DNA from: Trichosphaerium sp. ATCC 40318
Taxonomy: Eukaryota; Protista; Tubulinea
Length of the DNA stretch: 64,000 bases
Reading direction: 5' to 3'
Assembly: GCA_038496445.1 (NCBI GenBank)
Contig: JALMLS010000578.1
Location: 310,001-374,000, forward strand
The translations under genes were made by a program, and so were the position numbers. A model generated the notes under the pieces. It made no database searches. It was given only the letters and a program-made list of their open reading frames with translations, and was not told the DNA's origin. How positions within the stretch are numbered: the first letter of the stretch is position 1; each line of letters opens with the position of its first letter. Positions 1 to 13,100 of this stretch are shown one piece after another.

Positions 1-336
1 GAAAAAAATAATCACAAAACAAAAAAGCTATTTTTAGTACAGGTTCCACCACGTGTTTCTTATGGGTCTTCGTCTACGTATGTATTGTGGTGATGAAAAT
101 GCTCCAAAAATTATCTTCCTGTGCGGTAATGATTTGTTTCTTAGTTTAACAACGTGTGGAACTATTTTATCAACAAATTTAGGCATATCTGAGACTTTTG
201 AGACTTCCGAGGGTTCCGGAAGGCTGTTTTGCTGCTTGATTTGATTTTTTGGCTTTGCACTCATAATATTTACGAGAAACAAGATTATTATAATATTGTA
301 GAATAAAAGCCAATATGATTGCCAGAGTATTTGCAT
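1..336 (-). CDS. 5' part of a second GT31 galactosyltransferase paralog (continues off the left edge)
   Basis: ORF 34..336 is nearly identical to ORF 2707..3012 (signal anchor, then ...RRRPIRNTWW). An intron starts GTAC near position 40. Confidence 0.8.
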
Positions 337-1632
337 GGCCGTACAGTAAGGAATCTTGACAATTTATGACCATGATACTGATTGTTGAAAGATATCTAAG
401 ATGTATCTCGTTCTATCACTGTGGTAAAGACCTACAAATGTTATGTGGTTATGACGGATCCGGTCGTAATAGCTTGTTGGTGTAACAACAGTTAGCGAGA
501 TGACTCGAGGAATAGAGTTTTGTGAAAATTTGAAGTTCACGTGCTCTGTTATTAAATCGCTTTCTTGCAGTTGTATGACATCTCAATTTAGTATAGAACA
601 TAATAAATCAGTTAACAGATACGCCTTTTCCGTTACTTTTGGTTTCAGCCAAAATTAGCACACAGAATTGACGCGTAAGCTAAATTTTTTTATCGTAGCT
701 CATATTTCTGTATCACATCTGAAGATTGTCGTCTTAACTAATCCAATAATTTAGAAACAGTCCTGGTTGCAATATTCAAGCAGTCCATCTGAAGTTGCTA
801 TTTCGTAGTGGCCCACATTATGCCGAAATGCGAACAATGTAAAATCCTTGTCAATTCCTACCTAAAAAAAAAAAGGTTTAATGTCAGATGAGAAGAATTG
901 TAAGAAAATTCTCCTTTGCAACCAAATGTCTGTAGGGCTATGTACTTAACATGTTACTTAATATATAGTTTAGTTTCCATATACCCAACCTTCGTACCTT
1001 TACAATGTCGTTGTATTCTATTGTTGCGTTCTACTTTTGTTCATGTTCTCATCATCATAGGATGCTCGTATCCAGCTGAAAGACATCAATCGAGATGTTG
1101 AAACTAACGCCCTTCCGTTATGAATACAAGCAATATTCATATTCATTGTCCCGTAAGCCATACATATTCATGGGCGTTTGGTGAGTCAGGATGTTGAGGA
1201 GCTTTTGGTTTGTAGCACCTAGCGATGTTCCAAATGGATAGATTCAACAAGTTGCATAAAAAAAAAAATTCTCGGTTTTCTCTAGCTGTATTGTGAAACA
1301 AAACGGCACAAATTAAGCTAAATAGACAATTTTATTCTTTAATAGACTTACCGAGAGGTATACATAAGTTGTACGGATGTACAAGCACGTGTGATGGAGA
1401 AACTTTTATTTCAACAAACCAAGGTGTTTTCATTTATGTTGATGGAAAGAACACGCTAGAGAAGTTAAAGATACAAGTGAATGGTCATGTCAGAGCTATT
1501 TGTTTTAGTGAAGGTATAATGTATGATGTAGTAGAGAAGAATAACATTGATGGGAATAATGTAAGTTTATTTAAACTTGACTTGTAAGTCCACAATCAAC
1601 TTGGGGTTTTTTTTTCAAAATCAAGTGATTTT

Positions 1633-3012
1633 TTAATGATTCCAATCTTCTTGTCTTCTTTCCCACCACGACTTGCGTGGTTCCTCATGGCGAGAATATT
1701 TATGCCACCAGTACTTGTTTTCTCCTTCTCCACAGAAAGATTCAAAGTAGGTTCTGTGCAGTTCAGTGTACAAGTGTTTGAAAGCGTCTATCCTCACTTC
1801 CTGTGTTGTATTATTACTATGTTGTTTAGACACAAAACGTGATTGCACTTACTGGAATATAAGCAGTAGCACGATCGCAAGTATTCATAAACTGAGGTTG
1901 TATTTGAGTGAAGTGTAAATCAGCAAGCATAACAGCAGTACCAACATCTTCAAAGTAATTTAATTTTGGTCTTTGTTCTATTGGCTATTTTGTTCAAAGT
2001 ATTAGTTTTACCTCAACGTTGTTTCTAAGAAATGCTGATTTTGTACGCACAAGCATCCAGTAGCTATTATACATATGTAATGCAAGATCATGTGATAAGA
2101 TATAAGCTCCACCAATAGCATACTGCAGAGGAATATATTTTTGTGGTACCATAGAAGTTGAATCGTTGTATATTGCTGTCCGCCCGTAGTACACTCGCCT
2201 CTTTGGGAAGTACTTTGAATACTCTAAAATTTTGTTGGGAAGGAGCCATGTGTCATCATCACCTTTGGAAGTGTTAGATCAGATTGTTACTAGCAATTGT
2301 TTTTTACGAATGTTCAATATTGATAATGTACATTTTAGAATGTAGTCAAAGTTGTAAGTCTCAATCGCATATTTGATAAACAACATTGTCTTCATTGATA
2401 GGTCCTCGTATTTATCTTTTATTGGAAGTAGTTTAATATCTCCATACGTATCGTTCTCTATCAATATTAGCTGTAATTATCAAACCAAATTCCTTGCGAA
2501 CAAGATTGTACCTCTTTTAAGTTCCTTCATGATATCAGGACCTTTACCATCAATAAGTCATTAAAGTACTTTAAATTTAACAACCGTACGTATATGTTTA
2601 CCGCCCATTATCCAATATGCTTCGTACTCCTTACCTCGTGTATCTTTAGGGAATCTACCACAAAACGTTAATCACCTTAGAAAAAACCTACAAAAAAAAT
2701 CTATTTTTAGTTGTACAGGTTCCACCACGTGTTTCTTATGGGTCTTCTTCTACGTATGTATTGTGGTGACGAAAATGCTCCAAAAATTATCTTCCTGTGC
2801 GGTAACGATTTGTTTCTTAGTTTAACAACGTGTGGAACTATTTTATCAACAAATTTAGGCATATCTGAGACTTTTGAGACTTCCGAGGGTTCCGGAAGGC
2901 TGTTTTGCTTGATTTGATTTTTCGGCTTTGTACTCATAATATTTACGAGAAACAAGATTAATATAACATTGTAGAATAAAAGCCAATATGATTGCCAGAG
3001 TATCATTTGCAT
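1633..3012 (-). CDS. GT31 family beta-1,3-galactosyltransferase-like type II membrane protein (multi-exon)
   Basis: Exon peptides RRRPIRNTW, ENDTYGDIKLLPIKDKYEDLSMKT, FDYILK/GDDDTW (DxD), YAIGGAYILSHD and FEDVGT are GT31 motifs. There is an N-terminal TM anchor. Confidence 0.85.
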
Positions 3013-4323
3013 GACCTTACGCCAAGGAATCTTGACAATTTATGACCATGATACTGATTGTTGAAAGATTATCTGAGATGTATCTCGTTCTATCACTAAG
3101 GACAATGACCTACAAGTGCTATGTAGTTACGACGGATCCGGTTGTAGTAGCCTGTTGGTGTAACTACAGTTAGCGAGATGACTCGAAGAATAGATTTACT
3201 GAATATTTCTAGTTTTCACGTGCTCAAATACTTTGTTGTTACATCTCTATCTTGCGCTTGTGTGACGTCTAAGTTTTGTAACTCCATCTGTTATAACGCC
3301 AGTTATTTTTTTCGCTAACAGTGCTCCGCAATTCAGATAAAGTGCTTTCAGGAAAAATACAACTATTCCGTTACAGTTGGTATACTCTAAATTTGAGTAG
3401 TCTCATGTTGCGATATTCAAGCATTCTATCTGCAGTTACTATTTCGTAGTGGCCACATTTTGCCGAAAAGCGAACAAGTAAGAAAATTCTCCTTTACAAC
3501 CAAATGTCTGTAGCGCTATGTACTTAACATGTTACTTAATACATAGTTTAGTTTCCATATACCCAACCTTCGTACCCTTACAATGTCGTTGTATTCTATT
3601 GTTGCGTTCTACTTTTGTTCATGTTCTCATCATCAATACTTGGATCACGTGAATTGTATTTGGATTCAAGAATATTGAATTATCTATTGCATTCTTTTGT
3701 GTTGTTCCCAAAGAACGACATGACCTGTTGATGTCATTGCTCCACTTACAAACTCATTAGTTTGAATTTTTTCTTCGCATCAGACTTGCTCATTAGCATG
3801 TACTTATTCTCATAAAGTCAGGAGTAAGTATTTTCGTTTGGGTTCAACTTTTTTGGATCCCTTGGGTTGGTATTAATGACAAGTCTGTCCAGTACTCAAT
3901 AACATCAAGTCTCTCCAGCAACACAAATACCTGTTCAAAACATTGAAACCGATTGGGTGTCAGTATTGACAAGGTGGGTATCACAAGCGAAAGAGCAGAC
4001 AAGCTTGGATCATTGATAAATGCACTCGGTATCCAGCTGAAAAGACATTAATCAAGATGTGTTGAAACAACTTGGGTTCAGCCTGATAGAAACTATAAGC
4101 GGACAAAAGCAAAAAGAACTCCTTTAGCAATGATAGCAAACAATTAAACTGGTTTGCAACACCATAGTATAACACACTTGATTAGATCCAAGTCAAAAAA
4201 AAGGCTTTGACTGAACACGTGGTTTCTTCGAATTATAACTGGCGCCAAGTTTTCTGAAAACTATTCTTCAACGAAAATTCTACGTATCAAGTTTCTCAAC
4301 TGTTCTCGTTTTGTCTTCTATCT

Positions 4324-4985
4324 ATGGCATCAAAAAGTACTTTTCAACTAAAGGATACTTTACAAATCAAAGTAAGCCTGTGCTATTAACAGTTTAGCTA
4401 CCTGTACTTACAACTTTAAACAGGTCGAACATTTATTGGACCTTCATCTGTATATTATGGATATAGACTTTGAAGTGTATGTAAAGTGGCCTTGTTTATC
4501 TAAATACACAGCAATAAATACAAGATTTGATTCAGACATGAAAAAAAAAGGTAGATGGTTAAGAAAGCGATGGGTTGTGGCTACATCAAACATGTTACTA
4601 TCACTAAGTGTACTTCAAACTACATTTGATGAAAATAGAAAGAATGGTGAAGAGAAGGAGTGGTACGAAACCGGACAACTCAAACGACAAACTACATTTG
4701 TTGATGATAAAAGAAATGGAGAATCAAAGAAGTGGTATGAAAATGGACTGCTGGCTGAACAATTCTTCTTTGTAAACGATAAAAAGGAAGGAGAGCAAAA
4801 GATATGGTTTGAAAATGGCCACTTGAAGACACAATCAATTACGTCCATGGTAGACCACATGGGGAATACAAATGTTGGTACATAGACGGCACGATGTCTC
4901 AATGGGGATACTACATATCAATATTCAGCCAAAATGTGTCAGTAAACGGCTTCCTACAATCTGGGAATATAGCATCATTGAGTTA
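4324..4985 (+). pseudogene. F-box-like + MORN-variant (YwqK-like) repeat gene, probably decayed
   Basis: Exon 1 4324-4371 (MASKSTFQLKDTLQIK), phase-0 intron 4372-4423, then LLDL..IDFEVYVKWPCLSK..TRF..GRW and WYENG repeats. The F-box LPxE is missing. A frameshift near 4840 moves the repeat into another frame (YVHGRPHGEYKCWY). Confidence 0.65.
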
Positions 4986-5183
4986 AAGCTTATTGTAATA
5001 GTGTATAAATACTGCTTGAGACAAGCCAATAAAGTGTTACAATCAAACACGCAAAGCAGTACGAAGCAATGCTTTAGCAGGAATTGGGTATTACACTAAC
5101 ACGTGCTGCGCGTGCTTTTGGCATGTACAGCCTGAGAACTCAGAACGGAACAAAATATTGCGTGAAGTTTATTTTGACAAAGT

Positions 5184-6554
5184 TCAGAATTTAATAGTCG
5201 ATGCATCCACAAGAGAGCAAACCTTCATACTAGAAGATCCAGGTACTGTTACAGCAACACCGCTGGTGTATGGATTTACAGCAGACCACTAAATACAAAC
5301 ACGTCAGTACAAAAAATGTGGTTCAAACTCAAAAAAAAACCTAAAAAACAGCGACGACTCGTACATATTTAGCTCCTCTTGGAAATCCTGTTGCTTTGCA
5401 AGAAAACACTGCTTGATTAACAGGTGTACCTGAACTATCTTTAAAGTTTGAATGAGGATTTATACAATTATCGAGATATTCAGAAAGTAGCTTTGTTAAG
5501 GCAATATTGTTCGTCACTTGAGATATCTGCCAGTTAAACCATGTGTAACCAGGTTCATTACATGCGTCTATTACCATACCAGCTCCAACAGAGTTGAGGT
5601 AATCACCTATTAAGAACAAAATCAGAAAAAATGGCGAAATCACGTGAAACGTGTTGGTGAGCACGTGCCTATGAACTCAATAAAGGCTTCTGATTGAGTG
5701 CTTTGGTTGTTGTACGTTGTTGTCATAAGCGCTTCTAGATCCTTGAAGGCCTGAGAGTTGGTATCGTTGATGACTGTTGGAAGTCGTTTAACACTCCAGT
5801 ATGTTATTGTGTAGTTCCACAAGCCGTTCTTTAAGCCAATATAAGCATCATTGTATGACTGTGCCCTCACGACCAAGAACTGCTTCCATTCCAAGTTCTC
5901 GCGGTAGTGATTGTTTTGGGTGTTTGTTGAGAACTTTATGATGCTGTTTGCGATATTGAGTGTATCTACAATTAGTGGCCCTACATCTGGTAGCGCTGAT
6001 ATGATTTTAGTGAAGATTCCAAACAAAAATTTTCCGATATTGCTTTGTGGTGGTGGCGGTGGGTCCTGCTCAGACATGAGAGCTTGAAAAGCAATCATAT
6101 TTGCTGTATCAAAGTCGTATGATGATTTGAAAGGCTCCATGAAGAAATTAAAGAAAGTGTCAGCGTTTATCCCTCCGCCCTTCGCTTGTACTGCCATTCT
6201 ACTCTTTACACTGTACAATGACTGATCCCTGAGCTTAATCTCTGCTTGGTAACGTTTGGAAGCACGTGTACATTGTTTTTTCGAGAACGGGTATGAGCTG
6301 AGGAAATCGTACCTACCGCATACGCAATTGGCTACAGTTGTATTACAAGGTCCAGTACAGCTATCCTTGACACTCAGCATACCGGTACAGCACCGTTTAT
6401 GATCTGCATTACTAGGAGTGTTCCAAGATGTCATACAACCTTGTCCGCAAAGGAGAGTGCCGCAATAGTTCGCATCAGGTTTGGTTACGTTTAATTGTTG
6501 GAGTGCTGAGACAGCACAAAGCAGTGTAAATACGTAAACGAATACAAGTCTCAT
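5184..6554 (-). CDS. Secreted Cys-rich protein with amphipathic helical hairpin, copy A (3 exons, about 400 aa)
   Basis: Signal peptide MRLVFVYVFTLLCAVSA. ORFs 5640..6554 and 5341..5664 plus a last exon WSAVNPYTSG...TIKF*. Near-identical paralog at 26822. Confidence 0.85.
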
Positions 6555-6695
6555 AGTTTGGAAGACACTTTGAATGTTCTGTATTCGCTGTATGAATGAC
6601 CAATAATGACTTTACCCACTGACGCACATTCCTTGCGCTTTAGGAAGGCACATGTAACTAAGTTCTGTACAAGCCAAACAAACCTTAGTTTTTTT

Positions 6696-6932
6696 CCGGT
6701 GGTATTCAAGTTTATACCACTCGAGTGGATTTTGGTAACTAGTCACATATTAACCTGTGCTGCCATACCCACCAATGGATGACATTTTGTGAGCGAAGGT
6801 CGGGTTCTTGTCCCGAGCGAAGCGATGGGCCGACCTAAAGCGAACAGCTCTATATTAGCTTGCATTCGCTGTCCCATACTCGAATTGTATTCCGGTGGTA
6901 TTCAAGTTTATACCACTTGAGTGGATTTTGGT
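6696..6932. repeat. 41-bp direct repeat flanking a 155-bp hairpin-rich insert
   Basis: ccggtggtattcaagtttataccact(c/t)gagtggattttggt at 6696-6736 and 6892-6932. The insert has AGGTCGG...CCGACCT and GAGCGAAGCG. Confidence 0.8.
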
Positions 6933-7749
6933 GCATATTTTGTGGAAAATGTGTCGTCTGCTACCACTAGAACCTTACCTCCTCAAACTTGTATTTCAAT
7001 ACAAAAACGAGTTTCTTTAAACATAACCTCGCCTTTTCTCATAGACAATTAGAAAACGTCTTGCGAAACCAAAAAACTCTTTGTTCCAGGATTTGGTGTT
7101 TAAAGTTAACCTACCTTTTAATCCTGATTAATAGCCAGTACTACCTGCTCCTGCATTTGAATAAATACATCATATAAATACTGATGATGATGTGATAGCT
7201 TGTAGAGTCTAGCCGGGATACCTGTGTTCACAGTCATCTCAACAGATTAGGTTAAAGGGAGGGTAATCTAAGTGTAAAGAAAGGGGGCATTAGGCCCTTG
7301 AAGTAGATTAAGGCGCTCGGAGAATGGAATGACCATAGCCCTACGGGCATCTTCGGGCTTTAAACCCATCTAAAATCGCGTAAAATGCTGAAAAAATATG
7401 ATAGCGAACTGTGTAGATTGATTACTTGTTCAAAGCCCGAAATTTCATTTTTTTCTCACCTTTTTGACCTTATTTACACAGATTTGAAACAACTTTTAAA
7501 GCTATTTGTCCACTATTACACCACTTGGAGACGCATTTTAGGTGGTGTAGAGCAAATTCGTTTTTTTTTTCGCTTTCAAATTGAGACTTCTTTTTGAAAG
7601 TGTACCCATAGCATGTACTATGTGTGTAGATGCCATGGGTAGCGTTGTTTTGAATAAATGTGCTTTTAAACAGAAAGAATGAAAAAATGCAGTTGTTTAA
7701 AGAAAAAAACAAATTTGCAATAAAAAAGTGTCACAAATTTATTAGAAGG

Positions 7750-9047
7750 TTATTTTCCTGTCCCTGTGAGAAGCAATTCCATTGCAATTTCTTGTAAAAA
7801 CCCTCTGGGAGTAAGGGCTCCGTCTTGACACTTATACAGAATAAAAGCATTTGTGAGGGTGTAGTAAAACCAACCAACAAGAAGTGTCATGTTCCATTTT
7901 TTGAACCGCCTATCTGTACATAGGACTTGACCAGCAAATTGATCACTATTTCCCTTGGTGTCATCATTTTATTTTTGAACATACCTTTCTTGCTACTGTC
8001 AAATGAACTTTTGTCATCTGCACACAGTAGAGTGGTGACCAACTTTATGATTTCATTGTTATTTGTTGCATGGTGCCAATCTTGTGTATCCCACAGGCAC
8101 TTTTTTTGCAAGTGATTGCTTCAAGGCCACTGACAGTGGTTGGTATTACATGATACAATAGCGTCTAAGCCAAATTCCCCGGCTTGTTGAGATCCATGGC
8201 TGAACAAAAATTAGAGTCACTTGTAAAATAATGGCACCTTCCAATTGTTTTCGACCATTTTGCACATGACAGAAGGATTCATTTGGTGTGAGATGAGGTT
8301 ATATCAAAGCATTGATAGAGTCAATCAGATGTCTAGTTCGAATCATCGAGACACTTCAATTCTATGGCCCATGCGTATGGTTTCTTAATGTTGTGAGTTT
8401 TTTTACGGCAATTGAAATATTATGCTGGAATACAGATTTCATCAACACAAGTGAAATAACCTGGTACCATGTGGTGCTTAAAGACAATCACTAGAAATGA
8501 GTGTACCATGTTAGCATCAAATTTCATGTTGGCAGAGATGTTGAAGTAGTGATTAATTGGCAACAAACCTATTTTCCAGTAAATGAATTTTGTGCTTCAC
8601 CTGTGCTCCACAATGTGCGAATATTCCATATTCCAATAATCCCATGCCATATCACTATGCCAGAGAAGTTCGTCATATGGGTAGTGATCCCATTTTTTAG
8701 GTCAGTGTGATGTTGTTCATATGTGCTTGTGAATAACAAGTTTTAAAAATCTTATTAACCCACTTGAAGGTGAAAAATGCCATGGTGTCTTGGCTTTTCC
8801 AATACCAATAATGTAACGTTGTTTTTTAAGTTTAGTCCAAATGTCAAATACGGGATGTAAACGTAGGTAAATCCGTAAGGCTTCAATTCTGCTGTCAAAA
8901 TCGGAGCCCAAAGAAATATAGTTACCAGTATCGCAGATGTTATAAAGTACATACTGTATGGATTCTCTGTTTGACCGTTTCAACACGTGCTCCTTTGGGC
9001 GTTTGCCATAATACTTGGAAACGTCGTTGTTGCGACATTGGGGAGTT
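7750..9047 (-). mobile_element. Degenerate piggyBac-type DDD transposase remnant
   Basis: Frameshifted minus-strand peptides in the expected order: PGYFTCVDEICIP (D1), KKPYAWAIELKCLDD, HYFTSDSNFCS (D2), KGNSDQF...RRFKKWNMTLLVGWFYYTLTNAFILY (D3), FLQEIAMELL*. Many stops. Termini not established. Confidence 0.8.
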
Positions 9048-9109
9048 ACGTGTTCTTTATTGTGAAATCCACAATTCTTGGGTTTACAAAAGTTGTCAGA
9101 TGATGACTC

Positions 9110-9480
9110 GACATGCCATTTACCTTAGTGGTTGTGAACATTTAACAGACGAAGGTTTGAAAGCACTTACGGGTGTGCATACCATTTTCATTGATTGTAC
9201 AGGTGTAACAGACAAAGGCAGAAAAGCGCTTTCAGGGGTTCATACTATTAATCTCAACTTTACCGATGAAGGCATAAAAGCCCTAGCTGGCGTTCATGCC
9301 ATTTACCTTAGTAGTTGTGAATTGTTAACAGGTGAAAGCACTAGTAGGTGTTCATACATACCATTGACCTTTGCGGTTGTGAATCAGTCACATATGAAGC
9401 AGTGAAAGTACTTGCTGGTGCTGGTGCTCATACCATTTACATAGATGCAATTAAAATGACTGATGACAAAGAAATGAAAA
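9110..9480 (+). pseudogene. Orphan fragment of the 21-aa 'TDEGIKALxGVH' LRR family
   Basis: LTDEGLKALTGVHTIFIDCTG VTDKGRKALSGVHTINL FTDEGIKALAGVHAIYL, then frameshifts. No F-box or start seen. It abuts the piggyBac remnant. Confidence 0.8.
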
Positions 9481-10177
9481 ATCTTATTTGTGTATATACA
9501 ATATGACATATATACATAGTTAAAATTTTCGACGTGTCAACTTTGCATGCACACTGTGGACCATCTAAAACATAAATCATTTCCTTCACACTATATGCGA
9601 TTTACAAGACCTTTATACCCGTCTTTAAACATTAAAGAATTAAAAAAAATGAGGCTACTCTCTTTCCTTTCTTGCCAAATAAAAAATCAGAACAAAAAAA
9701 CACAAGTTGCCATTATAAATCAATATGTACACCACATTACCAGTAGTTTTTTTATTTTCATTGCGGTAATGAAAAAGTATATTTTCACGAAAGAGTAATA
9801 ATAATAAATAAACAAAAACAAGGTTAATACAAATGTATGAAAACCATTTATTCAAAAAAAAATAAAATGTTCAATGATTGTTAACAATTCGCCAACAAAT
9901 TCTTCACTGTTTGCTCCTTCTTATGGTTTTCTATGTTTATATCCAAGAGAAGCCAAATGTATAATGCTATACCATTTATCTGAAGAGTTAACTAGACTTA
10001 TAGCATCAGATCAGACCCAAAAAAAAAACTTCTAAACTATCTGGAGGTAAACAGAGATTTTTTTTTGTAGTCTCTTCAAGGTTGCTTTTTTTTTTGGTTT
10101 TTCTTCTCCTCTTCTTGTTGTTGTTTGGAGAAAAAACAGGGCAGTAATAACGGTCCAAAGCGCATGGCCTCATTTTT

Positions 10178-13100
10178 CTATGACACAAATGCGTTATTGG
10201 ATGTATTAGACGTTGAGCCCTGTTGACCTTGATAGACATTGTTGAATAACCCTGTACCAACAGATGCCATTGGTGCCGCCCTAGAAGTCAAGTAAGCACA
10301 AACTCATTACGCTCTCTATCATTATAATACTTACCCGTTCATATGTCCATGTAATTCACCAGGTTTACTAGTTGGATAAGCGCCGAAAGGTCTTTGAAAA
10401 CTCGAAGATCTGAACCAAAAAATAAGCAAGAAAAAAAAATAGGTTTAATAAAGCGTACGTATCAATTTGCTCTCGTACACTCCATTGTGCAGCGTGTTGA
10501 TCTGTAGTACTCTTTGGCTCAAACCCAGGAGGAGGTGCCATACCTACACCATGCATATTGCTGGTTTTGGCACCAAGACGATCAACAGATTGCATATACT
10601 GGTTTTGTCCACTATGCATTCGTGGTTGAACGTTTGATACAAAACTACCACCTTGATGACCTTGCGGTTGAGGACTTGGTGGTCCCCATACGCTGCCAGA
10701 CGGTTTATTGGTATTTGGTTGAGTTTGGAATGGATAAGAGAAGCTAGAGTATGCACTTGGATCCTGAGACTGCTTCTATGTAAAACAATTAGATGGATAA
10801 CATATTCTTTAAACAAAAAACGGTTTTTTTCTTGTTTTGAAGACAAGTTAGTTATATAAATTAACTCTCGTCAGTGGCATTAATAATCATTAGCCAAGGG
10901 ATATGACAAACAACTCAGTCGAGTTTTAACAATGGCTTTGAACGCCAAAAAAATAAGAAAAAAAAAAGAAAAAAAACGTACGGCAGGCTGTTGTGTGTTT
11001 GGATACGCCGAGTTATTCATAAAGAAAGAAGAAAATCCAGGTGGTTGGGATGGGTTACTACCACCTGGAGGTATCCTAGATTGATTTGCAAAAGGACGAT
11101 TGAGACCGCTATAAACAGAATTAGAAGCAAAAAAAAAAAAAAAACCTGTTCAACATACGCATTAACTGAAGATGGGCCCCAAGCAGAGCTGGTATTAGCA
11201 CGTGGCTGTTGACGTTCCTAAAACCAAAACTGTTAGTTTATATCCATCAAGGGAGGTCGAATACTCGTACATTTGTGGTAAAGACAGAAGGTACGTTAAA
11301 AAGCATTGAAGTGTTGTTTCGCGTTTCAACGTTCGTTGCACGTGGAGGTGGGTGTACAGAGCTTTCTTGACGATCACGGAACATTGATACATTTATACCT
11401 TGTGTATGTGCTCTTGATCGAGTTTGTTGAATACCACCAGGTGATAAAGAGTGCACTGGTTCCAAATGACTCTGATTCATTCCATTAGACTCAGTTTCAT
11501 CATTTAAAATAGATGGCAAGAGCATTCGTTGTTCCTCTTCTGCCATTTTTTCCATATCACTTTTTTGAGCTGAATTATGTCCTAACCATAACGGTTGACG
11601 TCCACTAATAATAAGCTTGTTAGGTTAAATAAAGTCACAAAAAACAAAGAACTAGCGATGAAAAATAACTGTACAACGATGGCGACAGGATTCGAACCTG
11701 CGAGCCACAAGGGCACTTGACCTCTAATCAAGCTGCTTTAACCAGCTGGCTACACCACCTTTCATTGGTTTAAACAGCCAGACGGTCGAGAAGCGGCATG
11801 GAGCAAGCAGTGCCACAACAGCGCTCAAAAAACAAAAAACAAAAAACACAAAAATGCTTAAAAACAAAAAAAAGGTGAAATAAAATCAAGTCCCACGAAC
11901 CTTCCTATGGCCTTTATCATGCCTGGCGCGCCTAGAGGGTCACTCCCCAATAGCGCATTTCCACGAACAATAGGAGCTTTAGGTGAGGAACCACGATTAG
12001 GGCGAAATAGAATGACCTCATCAGCTTCCATATCATTGGTAGCTGAAGAAGGTTCCAAAGAAGCAACTGGACCTTCTGCTGCAGCACGTGGAGAACGCAC
12101 AGGAGAAACAACACGTGTTGGAGAAGATACATGGTACGATTTCTGTGCTTCATTAAAGTGTAGATACTTAGATGCACCCTGTGATGTCAGGGAGAAGTAA
12201 CGCGAATAAACATCGTTTCGGACATCAACAGAAGGTTTCTGTGATGAAAATACACCGAAGCTTAATAGCTTGTCTATTCTGGCTTGAGCAGATTCTGTTG
12301 AATGATCATCAATTGGTTCTAGGTGATAATCGATGAACTTAAACGCAGAGGAAAGAGAATCAAAGCCATGAAGTTCAACCTGAGAAAAAAACGCATTAAC
12401 ATTCGTTTGGTTGTAATTAGATTTGTGTGCAAAAGGAGCAGGATCATCATTACCTCTTCTACTAAAGGTATTGTTCTCTTAACATTAAGTAGAGGTTGTT
12501 CGCTTGTTGATAAATTGGACTTTGTGGACACATTAAGAAGATCTTTAACTCCATTTCTTAAACTATCCCAACTAGCTCTCATCAAATCTTCGCTTGGTGG
12601 TGCTTGCATAAGCGCAGGATGAGCTCTGAACCAATCCAAAAATACAGTAGTCGAAGGGAGATACAATGGAGTTTCAGAAGAAGAAGACCTAACAAGAAAG
12701 GTTAAGCAATGAAGGCATCAACAAAGAGATATAAACGTACGACCATAGTTGATGAGTAGCACGAATAATGGCTGCAGCTGTCTCAAAAGTTAGTAATAAG
12801 GCTTGCTTCGATATCTCTTTCATAAACGGTTCTTGAGGTTGATCAGGAGATGCCGTCGAAGGAGGTCCAGCGACCAACTCTACTGCGATAATATTGATGC
12901 TAATCAACTTCAATACAATCATCTCAGGCAAAGCACCCGCCAGAAGCAATTTATTCATATCTTGGCGTATTGCTTGCCAATTAGGTTCGAATATTTGAGA
13001 ACTAGGAAAAAAATAAGAAACCTGGGGAAAAATATTTCTTTAACTGTTCGTTTCTTCGAAAATAGCTTCGAAACACGTGTTGACAGTAATAGGCATGTGG

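Larger units (their letters stand above)
1..4070. repeat. Tandem segmental duplication, period about 2.6-2.9 kb
   Basis: 1-560 matches 2679-3230; about 770-1055 matches 3405-3635; 1063-1102 matches 4023-4068. Confidence 0.85.

Noticed and set aside
6696-6932. CRISPR-like palindromic direct repeats
   Set aside because: Only two units, a 155-bp spacer, eukaryotic context and no cas genes.
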